A stretch of 64,000 nucleotides of DNA from Ostreococcus lucimarinus (GCA_000092065.1 CP000591.1), one strand, 5' to 3'. Counted from the first letter of the stretch, positions 29,706 through 40,648 are shown. Numbers and translations: made by a program. The notes: generated by a model from the letters alone, not told the origin.

Positions 29706-32411
29706 TTACGATTTGCGATTGGAGTCTCGCGCGGACGAATCCCAAGGTTCCGGGACCCACGACGCATCGAGTTTTTCCGGAGCTTTGAGCGTATTGTTGC
29801 CAGCGCCCGTGGCGCGACGAATGGGCTCAATTTTGTTCATTGTGGTGTGCATGGCGTGCGCGAACGTTTCCTTAGCTTTGTCGCCGAGAGACGGGTTGAC
29901 GTCTCGCGGGCTCAACTCGGCGGCGTCTAGGAATCGATCCGTCGCGGCTTCCCAAGACAGCCTGTACGAGTCCTGCGCGCTCAGAGGCGCAGGTTCGGAC
30001 GTAAGCGCTTGCTTCACGCACTTGGTGAACTCTTGCGGGGTGTTATACACGAGGCAGTTGGGGAAGGTGGAGAAGAACTCGTTACTCGGGTGCTTGGCGC
30101 ACACGACAAACTTGCCCATCGCCAACGCCTCCGCGGTCGTCGTGGCGACGACATCGGAAAGCGATGGGTTGACGAAGACTTTGTAGTCATGAATGTCCGA
30201 CGCGGCGTGGTCTTTGCGGCCGTGGAAATGCAGTGGCAGCTTCATCTTTTCGGCGTTGGATTTGACTTCGGCGAAGTCGTCGCCGTTGCCAAACACGTCG
30301 AGCTCTAGCGGGCACTCGCGTCCGTCTTCACTCACGTTGTGCTCTGAGACGCGGTCGAGAAGCTCTTTGTAGCCCTTTCCCCACACAACCTTGCCGAGAA
30401 AGTACGCTCCTTTCGTGAACACGGGTTTTTTACTTCTCTTCTTTTTCGTCGACGCGCTCCCGATGGACGCGAGCGGCCCCTTTACCATCTCGACGTCTTT
30501 CTCTTTCGTCGCCTCGATCGCCTTCTTCGCGCCGACGTCTAGGAAGATCGGCGAAACGCCGTGCACGTTCATCGTCGTACTCTTTGGAAACTCTTGCACC
30601 GCATCAGAGAGCTTGATCACCTTGTGGCAATGCACCGACGAGACGACGTTGTTCACAAACTTCAAAGCCTTCTCCTTGATTTCGCCATTCTCTTCGAGTC
30701 GCACGTAGTCCAGGTAGTTTGTGTGCACGATGCCCACGACGTGCTTGAACTTGTCCGTCCATCGTTCGCCGGAGTGGTACCAGTTGAGATGTTCGGGCTC
30801 CTCCAACACCGCTATGTCTGATTCGCGATCGCCCGGAATGTACGACGTCAAATCGCCAACCGGAATGATGCTGTACTTGTCCGTCGCGTATCTCCCCGGG
30901 TAGAACGACAGCTTCATTTGCGGCTTAAATCCGCAACGTTCTTCGACCCACTTGTTGACGTACTCGCCCTGTTCCTCCGGAGTGTTGAAAATCATTCCGG
31001 GGTGCACGAGCTTTTGCTCGTTAGGCGCCAGAAAAGGAATGACGAGCGTGACGTCGTGAATTCCTCGTCGAGCCAGGTACGCGGCGCGAAGCAATGGATT
31101 CACCGCCGTCCCGGTCATCCACGGCAACGTAGCGGTCGTGACGATGGCGACCGAGCGTCCGGGCTCTCTCACCGAACGCGGGGCGTCTTTGCCGCGAGAC
31201 GCCTTCTTCAACGCCTCGCTCGCTTCTAGCTCAGCCGCGAGCTCCTTGCTCTCTGCTCGCTTGAGCACGACCCCGGGGCTCGACAGGCTCGCATCGTACG
31301 GCGATTTCACCACGATTTCCTCCGGTTGACCCGCGAATCGTCGCACGGCGTTTTGCAAGTCCGTCGTGAGCTTCGGCAGGCTCGGCGGGCGAGGAAGTCG
31401 CGAGGCGAGCTCGTCCTTCTTCTTCGTGATTTCCTTCTTCAAGCTCTCGAGCACGTTCGCACCGCCCTCGCGCGGACTCGACGTCTCAGAAAGCGCGCGC
31501 GCGCCGTGATCGGCGTCGCCATCGCCCATCGCCGTGAGCGCATCCGTGGACGAGCTGCGCGACATCTCGCGAGGCGAACGCGCCGTTTCGGGCGCCTCCT
31601 TCGGCGACTTTCGCGGCGACGTCCCCGGCGATCGGTCGACCACGGTCTCCGATTGCGCGCGCCGACGGTTCAGCGTGCGATTGGGTCGCTGCGGTGTCTT
31701 CGCCAGCGCCCCGTCGTCTTGGTTGAAATTCGTACCGATCGCCTTGAACACGTCCCACTCCTCGCCCCACTTTGGAATCGCCGGCGCCTTGGGTATATTC
31801 TTCGCGATCAACGCCTGCAAGTCCTGCGTCGACGTCGGTCGACTCTTTCGCTCGTCTCGCTTGCTCTCCGACGTCCTGCGCCCGTCTCCTCCCGCGCTTC
31901 GTCTCGGCCTGCGCAACTTTTCAAACCGTTCCATGAATTTGGCGTCGTCCAGCTTGGCCAACGAGTCTTGGCTCGCTCGCCTCGCCATCTCCCTGAACGC
32001 GCTTATGCTCAGCGTCTTCTTCCTCCCCGCCCTGTGCGCGCGCGCGTCGTCCCCCTCGTCCCCGCTCTCTCGCGCGAACTCTCCTCCCGCGCTCCCTCGT
32101 CCGAAACCAAAGCTAAAATTACTCTCTCTCCACGCCCGCTCCACCTCGCTCGAAAAGTGTCGATGGTGCCTATCCACCGCCGCGCGCAGCGCGTCCACGT
32201 TGAACACCCCATCCTGCCCCGCCGCGCCCTGGCTCGTCGCCCGCGCGCGCTCGCGACCCAACCCCGCGTCCGTTCGTTCGCCCTTCACCGCGCCGCTTCT
32301 TCGCTCGACGTCCGTCTCGCGCGTCGTCGTCGTCGTCGTCGTCGCCGCCGCGCGCGCCTTATCGCGTCGGCTCGCGTCGTCGCCGTCCCGGCCCCGTCCC
32401 GCGTCGCGCAT
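29706..32411 (-). CDS. DGD1: Digalactosyldiacylglycerol synthase (DGD1-like, GT4) with long N-terminal extension
   Basis: C-terminal about 480 aa align with plant DGD1: VAIVTTATLPWMTGTAVNPLLRAAYLA, EEPEHLNWYHSGERWTDKFKHVVGIVHTNYLDY, KGAYFLGKVVWGKGY, AEALAMGKFVVCAKHPSNEFF. N-terminal extension as in DGD1. ATG at 32411. Confidence 0.85.
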   Translation of the reverse strand: MRDAGRGRDGDDASRRDKARAAATTTTTTTRETDVERRSGAVKGERTDAGLGRERARATSQGAAGQDGVFNVDALRAAVDRHHRHFSSEVERAWRESNFSFGFGRGSAGGEFARESGDEGDDARAHRAGRKKTLSISAFREMARRASQDSLAKLDDAKFMERFEKLRRPRRSAGGDGRRTSESKRDERKSRPTSTQDLQALIAKNIPKAPAIPKWGEEWDVFKAIGTNFNQDDGALAKTPQRPNRTLNRRRAQSETVVDRSPGTSPRKSPKEAPETARSPREMSRSSSTDALTAMGDGDADHGARALSETSSPREGGANVLESLKKEITKKKDELASRLPRPPSLPKLTTDLQNAVRRFAGQPEEIVVKSPYDASLSSPGVVLKRAESKELAAELEASEALKKASRGKDAPRSVREPGRSVAIVTTATLPWMTGTAVNPLLRAAYLARRGIHDVTLVIPFLAPNEQKLVHPGMIFNTPEEQGEYVNKWVEERCGFKPQMKLSFYPGRYATDKYSIIPVGDLTSYIPGDRESDIAVLEEPEHLNWYHSGERWTDKFKHVVGIVHTNYLDYVRLEENGEIKEKALKFVNNVVSSVHCHKVIKLSDAVQEFPKSTTMNVHGVSPIFLDVGAKKAIEATKEKDVEMVKGPLASIGSASTKKKRSKKPVFTKGAYFLGKVVWGKGYKELLDRVSEHNVSEDGRECPLELDVFGNGDDFAEVKSNAEKMKLPLHFHGRKDHAASDIHDYKVFVNPSLSDVVATTTAEALAMGKFVVCAKHPSNEFFSTFPNCLVYNTPQEFTKCVKQALTSEPAPLSAQDSYRLSWEAATDRFLDAAELSPRDVNPSLGDKAKETFAHAMHTTMNKIEPIRRATGAGNNTLKAPEKLDASWVPEPWDSSARDSNRKS

Positions 32412-32486
32412 CCGCGCCGTCGCGACGCCCCGCGCGCGAAAACCGTCGCGTTTTCGCGCGTCGCGTCGTTCGCGTCGTCCTTCGTC

Positions 32487-32487
<1 letters not shown>

Positions 32488-32522
<35 letters not shown>
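32488..32522. repeat. (CGT)n microsatellite in the DGD1/WAPL divergent intergenic region
   Basis: About 12 perfect CGT units. Confidence 0.8.
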
Positions 32523-32523
<1 letters not shown>

Positions 32524-32849
32524 GTGCGAATGCGTGAATGAACGAATGAATCTCTTCGTCGCGTCGCCGTCTCGCGCGCACGCGGACTCGCGGCGCCGCG
32601 TCGCGCCCCGCCGTCGCGCCCGTGCCTACGCGCCGCGTCCGCGACGACGCGCGCGTCGGCGTGTGCGGCCGCGGTGAATCGATTCGAATCGTAAAGATTC
32701 GCGAAAACACGCGCGCGGCGTCACATCGCGACGCGCGCGCGCCGGCGAAGCCGCGCGTCGACTCGACGTCGGACCGCGCGCGCGCGACGTCGCGGGACGA
32801 CGCGCGCGCGACGCGGCGGCGCCGAACGACGCGTCGGAAGATTTAAAAG

Positions 32850-35702
32850 ATGCGCGGAAACAGATGCGCGGCGACGGCGCGCGCGACGGACGATCTGGGC
32901 GCGCGAACGGCGGCGGCGGTGTGCGATGACGATCCGTTCGCGTTCGGGGCGCGCGCGCGGGCGCTGTTCGAGGACATCGACGGGGAGACGCTGGCGGAGG
33001 ACGACGACGACGACGACGACGACGCGAGACGCGGCGACGCGCGAAGGATCGGTCGGGGGGTGAGCGTGTTCGAGAAGGTGCGACGGGAGAAGGCGGGGAC
33101 GACGATGACGGCGACGACGGCGACGACGGCGACGGCGACGGCGACGGCGGAGGAAGAGGAAGAGGACGCGTTCGACGAGCCGAGGGCGAAGGCGAAGGCG
33201 AACGCGAAGAAGCCGGCGAAGGCGAAGGCGGGACGCGAGAGAGCGAGGGAAAAGACCGCGCGGGACGGCGGTGATGACGACGTGATGGTCGTGGACGACG
33301 ACGTCGGGGAGTGCGCGAGGCCGGCGGAGGATTTGTTTGACGAAGTCGCGGCGACGGGCGATAAGCGCGCGAAACGCGAGGTGAAGACGCTGGCGCGGCC
33401 GAAGAAGCGCGTCGTGGAGGCGCCGGCGGCGGTGGTCGAGACGCATGCGGTGATGCCGGCGCCGTCGGCGCGCGCGAAGGCGTCGACGACGGGGCGAATC
33501 CGGGCGTCGACGTCCGCCGCGGCGTCGGCGCCGCCGCCCGCGAAGAAGAAGAAGGTGTCGCTCAAGGAGTTCGCCGGGGAAGAAGACGGCGACGAGGGAG
33601 GGTTCGACGACGGCGAAGGCGACGACGACCACGGTCTGGTGCCGCAATCGGGCGCGCAGTTGGCGGACATCGATGAGGCCAACTACGCGGTGTCGGGGTT
33701 GTCCACCGTGAGGGACGTCAAGGAGAAGATGCGGTGCGTCGGCGTCTTGGCCAATTTGATGGGTAATCAGCGCACGCGCAGGCTGTTGGCGTCGTACGGC
33801 ATACCGATGAAGATCATCAAGGCTGCGCAAGACGCCGCGATGGCGCCGCACGCGCCCAATGCGTTGAAGTTTGGCGCCGCGGCGCTGTTGTATCTCGCCG
33901 CGAGCGATTTGCGGGCGCCCGCGACGGACGCGATGCGCAGCGTCAAGTCGGCGAACGCGATTCGCGCTTTGCTCCGTCCAGCGAGTTCGAGCGATGACGC
34001 GCTGTACTTGAAAACCGCCAACACGGTTCGCTCGGCGTTGAAGGCGTTGAAGTTTTTGCCGAACGAGGCCAAGGACGCGCCGACGCTCGCGCTCCTCGTC
34101 GCGCATCAAACGCTCAAGGGTGAGCAGGACGCCGTGCTCGCCTCGGGATCGGGTCCGGGCGCGGGTGACGTTGAAAATAGCTTCCGAACGATTTTGGCGA
34201 ATCAAGGCGCGGTGCTCGCGACGTGTGAACTCGTCGCGCAAGCCACGACGACGTTGAGCAAATTCGGCGGCGCGTGTTTCGTCGCGTCGGCGTCGGCATC
34301 GACGAACGATAGCGTTGACGACGAGTCCACGATCGAGGAGTACGAACAGAGTGCCGCGCGCGTGATCGCGCGTCTGTTCCGCGCGTCGCGTGTGCTCGAG
34401 TGTGTGAGCTTTGAATCGCCAGCCGCGTGCGCGGTGATTTCGACCTCGGCGCTTGGCGGATCGAAGAGAGACGACACGAACGCCGATGTGCGCCCTCTCG
34501 ACTTGCTCGCCGTGTCCACGACGCGCCTGGCGCCGGAAGACGGTCTGAACTCGTCGCGTGGCGATGGGAGAGGGGTTGAATCCGCGACGACGACGGCGGC
34601 GATTGATATCCCGTCGCCTTCGCCCGTCAAATCACGCATCCCGGGTGGAATCACGATGACCCCGCCGAGCACGCCCGGCGCGGTGCGCGTCGCTGGAACA
34701 TCCTACGACGACAACGATGGTTTAACCCCGCTTTCGTCTCCTGTACCGATCGGGTTGATGCAAACAGCCGCGACGCGAGACAACGCGGCAGCGATTCAGT
34801 GGTTGGCGGATAACGTGCGCACCCCCGTGAAGGGTGGATCGCACAACGCGCGAACGGCGTGTCGAGCACTCGTGGAGGCGCTTCCGACGCTTGCGGCGGC
34901 GACGACGGCGTCGGTCGTAGGCGCGAAGAAAGGAGACGTCGTGCAAGGCATCGAGATTCGTTACAACGCCGCCATCGCCGTCGACCACCGCGTCGCCGTC
35001 GGCGCGTTGAAATCCGCGTTGTGCACGCTGACGAACGTGACGAACGAGAATAAGGAGGGTTGTGACGCCGTCGTTGGGGAAGATAGTCGTGGATTACTCG
35101 TCATCGCGAGTTTAATTCCCTGGTTGGCGTTATCGATTGAAGGATTCACGCTTCGCGACGCGAAGGAGCGCAAGCGCACCCGAACGCCGACGGATGATTC
35201 CGGATCGTCACTCTTGAATGCCGCGCTGGTGTTGCTCGTCAACATCGTCGAAGCAGATGCGACGACGGCAGATGTCCTGCGCAACGCAATGGTGCGCTTA
35301 CCGGGCGACTCGTCTCGAGGCGCGTCCTTCGTCGAAGCGCTCACGATGTTGTACCTGCAGTCGGGCGGCGCCGACGAAGACGAAGACGAGGGCGAAAAAG
35401 AGACGGCCGAGGAGGCGCAACATCTCACGGCGGACATGATTAAATCTTACTCGTCGAAAACCAACGGCGACGATTTGATCTTACAGGCGTACTGCGGATT
35501 GTTGCTCGCGTTTTTGATCGAAGACGACGCCGCGTTGCGCGCCGAAGTCACGTCGACGTTTCCCGAAAAGCCGCAAGGCACTTCGCGTCTCAAGCCGTTG
35601 GCCGACACCCTCGAGCGTTTCCACGCGTTTCACGAGAGTTTGAATAGCATCTCTGCCGCGTCCAGCGAGCGACTGGTAAAGGTGGTGACCTGGCTCCGAT
35701 GA
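32850..35702 (+). CDS. Probable WAPL (wings-apart-like cohesin release factor) homolog
   Basis: Single 950-codon ORF. Acidic/basic N-terminal region containing an FAFG (FGF-like) motif. C-terminal region with helical-repeat character and a ...LILQAYCGLLLAFLIEDD segment reminiscent of the WAPL C-terminus. ATG at 32850 preceded by ATTTAAAAG. The assignment is tentative. Confidence 0.5.
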   Translation: MRGNRCAATARATDDLGARTAAAVCDDDPFAFGARARALFEDIDGETLAEDDDDDDDDARRGDARRIGRGVSVFEKVRREKAGTTMTATTATTATATATAEEEEEDAFDEPRAKAKANAKKPAKAKAGRERAREKTARDGGDDDVMVVDDDVGECARPAEDLFDEVAATGDKRAKREVKTLARPKKRVVEAPAAVVETHAVMPAPSARAKASTTGRIRASTSAAASAPPPAKKKKVSLKEFAGEEDGDEGGFDDGEGDDDHGLVPQSGAQLADIDEANYAVSGLSTVRDVKEKMRCVGVLANLMGNQRTRRLLASYGIPMKIIKAAQDAAMAPHAPNALKFGAAALLYLAASDLRAPATDAMRSVKSANAIRALLRPASSSDDALYLKTANTVRSALKALKFLPNEAKDAPTLALLVAHQTLKGEQDAVLASGSGPGAGDVENSFRTILANQGAVLATCELVAQATTTLSKFGGACFVASASASTNDSVDDESTIEEYEQSAARVIARLFRASRVLECVSFESPAACAVISTSALGGSKRDDTNADVRPLDLLAVSTTRLAPEDGLNSSRGDGRGVESATTTAAIDIPSPSPVKSRIPGGITMTPPSTPGAVRVAGTSYDDNDGLTPLSSPVPIGLMQTAATRDNAAAIQWLADNVRTPVKGGSHNARTACRALVEALPTLAAATTASVVGAKKGDVVQGIEIRYNAAIAVDHRVAVGALKSALCTLTNVTNENKEGCDAVVGEDSRGLLVIASLIPWLALSIEGFTLRDAKERKRTRTPTDDSGSSLLNAALVLLVNIVEADATTADVLRNAMVRLPGDSSRGASFVEALTMLYLQSGGADEDEDEGEKETAEEAQHLTADMIKSYSSKTNGDDLILQAYCGLLLAFLIEDDAALRAEVTSTFPEKPQGTSRLKPLADTLERFHAFHESLNSISAASSERLVKVVTWLR

Positions 35703-35867
35703 CGAGACGATTTCGACGCCGATCGCGTAGCCGTGTGCGTTTTCTTGTGATAAAAATGAAACATCGTCGCCTTCGAAGACGACGCGGAGTGGTGCGATGC
35801 AAGCAAGGCAGTGCTTTTTCTTGTGCGCAGCTCGTAAAAAAACTTTTGCTCGCCAAAAGAGAAGTCG

Positions 35868-35983
35868 TGACCCAGGCAGGAGTCGAACCCGCAACCTTCA
35901 GATAACTTCAACGGCGTCCTCGCGTTCGCGAGGAGACTCTCGAATCACTGGAGTCTGACGCACTACCATTGTGCTACCGAGCC
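35868..35983 (-). tRNA. tRNA-Trp (anticodon CCA) with 44-nt intron at the canonical 37/38 position
   Basis: Minus-strand cloverleaf: GGCTCGG-TA-GCAC-AATGGTA-GTGC-G-TCAGA-CTCCAG[44-nt intron]A-TCTGA-AGGTT-GCGGG-TTCGACT-CCTGC-CTGGGTC-A. A-box and B-box present. The oligo-T pol III terminator is on the minus strand; on the plus strand it appears as AAAAAAA around 35836-35842. Confidence 0.8.
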
Positions 35984-36612
35984 ATACATATTAAAGACAC
36001 ATTTAAGTCCATATGATATGACTAAATGAGCGATAAACTCCAATTAATGCGCCCTCTCGCGGGGATCGCACATGTGTTACGGGCGCGTCGACGCGCGACG
36101 CGTCGCGCGCGAATTCGCGGTCCACGTTCGCGCGCGCCGCACACTCCGCACGGATCTCTCACCCCCACCACACCTCTCGAGCGCGTTCCGCCCTCGTACG
36201 GTCGATAAAACGCACGCAGTTTTATCGTTTCATCGTTTCATCGCAGTTCAGGTGCGGGATTCGCGCGCGCGCGCGAGAAGGACGACATCGGGCGACACCG
36301 CGGGATTCGCGCGAGGGGTCGGTCGCGTCGCGCGGTGGATGCGCGACGCGACGCGGCGCGACGCGACGCGAATCCTCGTCGCGGTCGCGCGCGCGCGGGT
36401 TCGGCGATACGTTTTCGTCGACGTCGAACGCGCGCGCGAGGACGCGCGCGAAACGATCGACGAGGCGCGCGCGCGTCGATCGAACGCGACGAGGATTCGA
36501 GGGCGAGATAAAGATGGGAGCGAAGGCGGGAGCGAAGGCGGGAGCGAGCGAGCGAACGACTGACGCGATCGATCGTCGCGCCTGATGTAGACTACGAACA
36601 CACAGAAGAAGA

Positions 36613-36819
36613 ATGCCCGGCACGCAATCGGTATACGTCTCGCTGTCCATCCTCGCCCTGACGGGACTCGTCGGGACCGGGGTCGCCATCGGCTCGGGCG
36701 TGTCCATGATGTCCATGGCCATGGTCGAGGAAGAGCAAAAGCAGCAAGCGGTCGTGGCTTCCGTGAAGGAGGCGTCGGCGCGCGTGCCGTCTCGCGGTTT
36801 CGCCGCGAGCGGTAACTAG
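36613..36819 (+). CDS. Small ORF encoding a 68-aa hydrophobic peptide (possible small membrane protein)
   Basis: ATG at 36613. GC3-rich codon usage typical of this genome. Hydrophobic N-terminal 35 aa, then EEEQKQQ. Lies in the spacer between the tRNA-Trp gene and the POLA2 3' end. Weak evidence. Confidence 0.25.
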   Translation: MPGTQSVYVSLSILALTGLVGTGVAIGSGVSMMSMAMVEEEQKQQAVVASVKEASARVPSRGFAASGN

Positions 36820-37014
36820 ACGGCCCGCCGTCGGTAAACATGTACCTACCGCCTTCACTTCCGGACGTCTCAAATCCGCCGTTCGTCGTGTTCGATACAT
36901 TCTTCACCTCCATCGTGTACCCGTAAAAGTTACTCACTTTCCTGATCTGTAATAAAAAGAAGCGGATGATGAAATATTAATTACACAAGTTTGTTTCGCG
37001 GTTTATTTCACTGC

Positions 37015-38946
37015 TTACTTGATTTTCATGACGTCCACGCGCGTGCGCTTGGCGACGTCGTGCGGGTGCGATTCGCCGTCGTCTTGTCCATCCGTCGTCG
37101 GGTGCACGACGATTTTCGCCAAGCCGCCGCCGACGGCGCCGCGCGCCAATCGACCGGGGTTGACGCACACGACGCCGTCGATGTCTTCGGCGAATGTTTT
37201 CAAGTCACTCGGCATGATCAACACGTCCGGGGTTTGCTTAAACGTCAGATCCTCGCCGTAACGCGCGTCCAAGCACGCCGACGCGTCCGGCGGGTACAGC
37301 GGGTACGCGCAGCCTTGCGTCAAGACGTGCTTGGCGAGACGCGCGAGGCGGTCTTTGGGCACGAATCCCTTGGAGATTTCTTGTGCGCTCAGATGCTTCA
37401 ACACGTCGTGCGAGCACGCGGAAAACACGATGCCGTTGATGGTGAACGTCCCGGGATTCGAGGCGGAGAACGCGCGCTTGGCGCGCGCCGCGTCGGCGCT
37501 CACGTACGCGTCGAGCGACGCCGCGGGTTGCGGGAACACGGGATCGAGCGTCACGTCGCGGATGCTCGGGACGAAGATCACTTTCGTGCGGATCGTCTCG
37601 TCCTTGAAGAGCTTGTCTTCAATCTTATCCACCACAACCTTGGCCACTTCGTCGTACGTCAACCCCCCGCACTCGGCGCGCTTGACAAAGGCGTTTTCGG
37701 CGTCCACGAGCGGGCCACACAAAACCAACGCGTCGGGATTTTCTTCGCGCACGTAATCCAACATATCGTTCAATGGCTCGTACTTCAAATCGCTCGAGCA
37801 CGAGAACGGCCCGCTGGCGACGATGACTTTCGTCCCTCTCGCGAACGCCGGCGACGTCTTTTTCGAACGCGCGGGCGCTCGCGCGGAGACGGCGTCGATG
37901 GATTTCGCCACCAAGCAGTGCCCCGCGGGGTTGCGCCCGCACACCTTGACGACTTGTCCCGGGAACAAGCTGTACTCTTTCATGTCGCGAAGCTCCAAGC
38001 GCACGCGCGCGCCGAACGAACCCTCGGTCGAGCCCTCGATGGCGACGGTTTTCTCCGTCAACTTGGCGTCGCCGGCGTGCGCGCTCACCACGCGCCCGAC
38101 AAAGTGTCCATCTTCGTCGCCAGTCTTTGACCCCACGGCGGAGACGCGCACGACGTCGGACGCCGAAGTCGTCGTCTGCGTCGCCTCGGTCGCCTTGACG
38201 TCCTCGTCGTCGTCCGCGTCGCCCAAAACCTCGAACAAATTCTCCGCGTCTCGAATGCGCTCGTCGACGACGCGCACGCGGTCGGAGATCCTATCCCGCA
38301 TGTATCGAAATTTGTCCGCGCTCACGATTTGCGTCATCGACACTTCGCTCTCTTCCGCGTCGTCCCGTTTCACCACGTCGCTTCCCAAGTGCGCGTTCAT
38401 CACCGTCCCCGCGCCGCCGTCGCTCCGACTCGCCAAACTCCCCGCGCTCCCCGGCGTCGCCGCGCGTTTCGCGTACTCACTCGTCTGCTCCCCCCCCACC
38501 GCGTTCAGCGCCTCCGACCACTCCCTCTTACTCCGCATCGGCGTTTTATACGTCCCCGTCGACGTCGATTCGCGTCTATCGCCACCCTTCGCGCTCGCCG
38601 GCGTCGTCGGCGTCGTCGGCGTCCCGCCCCGTCGTCGTTTTCTTCCGAATTCGCTCGTTTTCTGCGCCGTTTTCGTCGCGCTCTGCGATTCGCGCTGTTG
38701 TTTCCACGTCATCGCGAATCGTTCGAACGTTTCGATGCGCTCGATCGCGACGCTCTGGCGGTCTCGCGCGTCGAGCGTGTTCGAGAGTTCTAAATCAAAC
38801 ATCACCCAGCAGTCGGCGAGATCTTTCGACGTGAACGACAGCGCGCGCGCGACCGACGCGAGCGCGTCGCGGGCGACGTCGCTCGGGACGTCGAAGCCGT
38901 GCTCTTCGAAGCGCTCGCGGATGTCGGGCGGGAGGGCGGTCGTCAT
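37015..38946 (-). CDS. POLA2: DNA polymerase alpha subunit B (POLA2)
   Basis: N-terminal Pol-alpha-B domain (MTTALPPDIRERFEEHGFDVPSDVARDALASVARALSFTSKDLADCWVMFDLE). C-terminal calcineurin-like phosphoesterase fold of the Pol alpha/epsilon B-subunit family (VIVASGPFSCSSDL...ALVLCGPLVDAEN...VIFVPSIRD). ATG at 38946. The upstream part of the track ORF is Arg-rich junk. Confidence 0.8.
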   Translation of the reverse strand: MTTALPPDIRERFEEHGFDVPSDVARDALASVARALSFTSKDLADCWVMFDLELSNTLDARDRQSVAIERIETFERFAMTWKQQRESQSATKTAQKTSEFGRKRRRGGTPTTPTTPASAKGGDRRESTSTGTYKTPMRSKREWSEALNAVGGEQTSEYAKRAATPGSAGSLASRSDGGAGTVMNAHLGSDVVKRDDAEESEVSMTQIVSADKFRYMRDRISDRVRVVDERIRDAENLFEVLGDADDDEDVKATEATQTTTSASDVVRVSAVGSKTGDEDGHFVGRVVSAHAGDAKLTEKTVAIEGSTEGSFGARVRLELRDMKEYSLFPGQVVKVCGRNPAGHCLVAKSIDAVSARAPARSKKTSPAFARGTKVIVASGPFSCSSDLKYEPLNDMLDYVREENPDALVLCGPLVDAENAFVKRAECGGLTYDEVAKVVVDKIEDKLFKDETIRTKVIFVPSIRDVTLDPVFPQPAASLDAYVSADAARAKRAFSASNPGTFTINGIVFSACSHDVLKHLSAQEISKGFVPKDRLARLAKHVLTQGCAYPLYPPDASACLDARYGEDLTFKQTPDVLIMPSDLKTFAEDIDGVVCVNPGRLARGAVGGGLAKIVVHPTTDGQDDGESHPHDVAKRTRVDVMKIK

Positions 38947-39068
38947 GGCGCGCGACGGCGTGTGGCGATCGCGCGGCGAGGCGTTTGAAAATTTAAAATC
39001 CGAGCTGTCGGGGGTGTACGAACGCGCGACGACGCGACGCGACGCGAAGCGCGCGGAATCGCGATCGA

Positions 39069-40433
39069 TCACTTCGGGCCGTCGCCCTCGCCCAGGACGG
39101 TCTTTTGGCGCTTCGCGTCGCGCGCGTCGCCGACGCTGAAGACGTCGTCGAAGGTTTCGAGCGCGTTTAAAAACGCCTGGTCCATGTTGAAGTACTTGTA
39201 ACTCGCGAGGCGGCCGACGAAGACGACGCCGGGCTCTTTCGCCGCCATGTCGCGGTACTTTTCGTATAACTCGCGGTTGGCGGGGTTGGGAACGGGGTAA
39301 TACGGCTCGCCGTGATCGCACGAGTACTCTTTGAAGACGACGGTGCCCGCGTGCTCGCGCGCCTCGCGCGGCTGGTTGGGCTTGTGCTTGTACTCGACGA
39401 CGCGCGTGTGCTCGACTTCCGGACCGGGGTAGTTGAGCTGTAAGCACGGTTGGTAGAAGAATGGTTTCGTTTTGTCCTCGCCCTCGTGGTACTCTTCGAA
39501 GAAACGCAGACTTCGGTACTCGAGCTTGGGCAAACCTTGAGACGCGTACCACGCGTCGATGGGGCCGGTGAAGACGACGAACTTTCGCGCCTTGCTTCTC
39601 AACATGTCTTTGTGCTCAAAAAAGTCGGTGTTCAGGCGCACGGTGATGTTCGGATCGCCCATGATCATATTTTCGAAAATCCTCGTGTACCCGTGCTTCG
39701 GCAACGCTTGGTGCGGATCGCTAAAGTACCTATCGTCGACGTCTTCGCGCACGGGTATCCTCGCCAAGACGCTCGCGTCCAGCTCCTCGGGGTACTTATC
39801 CCACTGCTTCTTCGTGTAATGCTTAAATATCGCCTCGTACAGCTCCGCCCCCGCCCTCGTCAGCGCGCTCTCTTCTCCGTTCTTCGGATTCTCGTTCACC
39901 GACCGTCTGGCGTCCAACCATCTTCGCGCGTCCTCGTCCGTCTTCAAATCCGCCTCGGGAAACAGCGCGTTGATCGTGTCCCTGTTCGGCGGCACCCCCA
40001 CGATTCGGTACCGCCTCCCCCCGTGTTCGTACTCCCCGTCCTCGCGCTCGATCGCCGCCTTCACTCGGTGTTCGTACGGCGTCCACTCGCTGAATCGATT
40101 CACGTATTCCCACACCCGCGCGTGCTTCGTGTGAAACAAGTGCACGCCGTACTGCGACACCCTGAACCCCTTCGCGTTCACGAAGTCGTAGCAGTTCCCG
40201 CCGACGTGATCGCGCTTGTCCACGAGAAGCGTCTTCATCCCGAGCTCTCGCGACGCGCGGCTCGCGAAGACGCAGCCCGAGATGCCGGCGCCGACGACGA
40301 CGAGGTCGAACTCGCGGTCGCGAATCCGCGCGTCGCTCGCGACGCCGGCGAACCAGCTCGGATCGTGGTCGTTGCCGCGACGGACGGAGACGTCCACGCC
40401 CGCCCACTCGTCGGCGTCGGCGCGCGCGCGCAT
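39069..40433 (-). CDS. GLF: UDP-galactopyranose mutase (eukaryotic-type UGM/Glf, galactofuranose biosynthesis)
   Basis: FAD motif FDLVVVGAGISGCVFA...LLVDKRDHVGGNCYD and conserved eukaryotic UGM blocks (GYTRIFENMI, FTGPIDAWY, YRSLRFF, NYPGPEVEHTRVVEYKH, YYPVPNPANRELYEKY). ATG at 40433. The track ORF extends upstream through an antisense (ATT)n tract. Confidence 0.85.
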   Translation of the reverse strand: MRARADADEWAGVDVSVRRGNDHDPSWFAGVASDARIRDREFDLVVVGAGISGCVFASRASRELGMKTLLVDKRDHVGGNCYDFVNAKGFRVSQYGVHLFHTKHARVWEYVNRFSEWTPYEHRVKAAIEREDGEYEHGGRRYRIVGVPPNRDTINALFPEADLKTDEDARRWLDARRSVNENPKNGEESALTRAGAELYEAIFKHYTKKQWDKYPEELDASVLARIPVREDVDDRYFSDPHQALPKHGYTRIFENMIMGDPNITVRLNTDFFEHKDMLRSKARKFVVFTGPIDAWYASQGLPKLEYRSLRFFEEYHEGEDKTKPFFYQPCLQLNYPGPEVEHTRVVEYKHKPNQPREAREHAGTVVFKEYSCDHGEPYYPVPNPANRELYEKYRDMAAKEPGVVFVGRLASYKYFNMDQAFLNALETFDDVFSVGDARDAKRQKTVLGEGDGPK

Positions 40434-40648
40434 GGCGACGCGACGCGGCGCGGTGTGCGGCGGAGCGGTCGGACGTCGGCGAACGACGACCGGTCGGCGA
40501 CGACCGCGGCGTCGCGCGCGACGTCGAGCGACGGCGCGCGCGCGTCGGCGCGTCGTCGACGTCGCGTCGGCGCGCGCTCTCGCGCCGTCGCGCGTCGCGT
40601 CGGGACACCGCGACGGCGTGAAGAGTCGAATCGTCACTTCGGCGCGCC

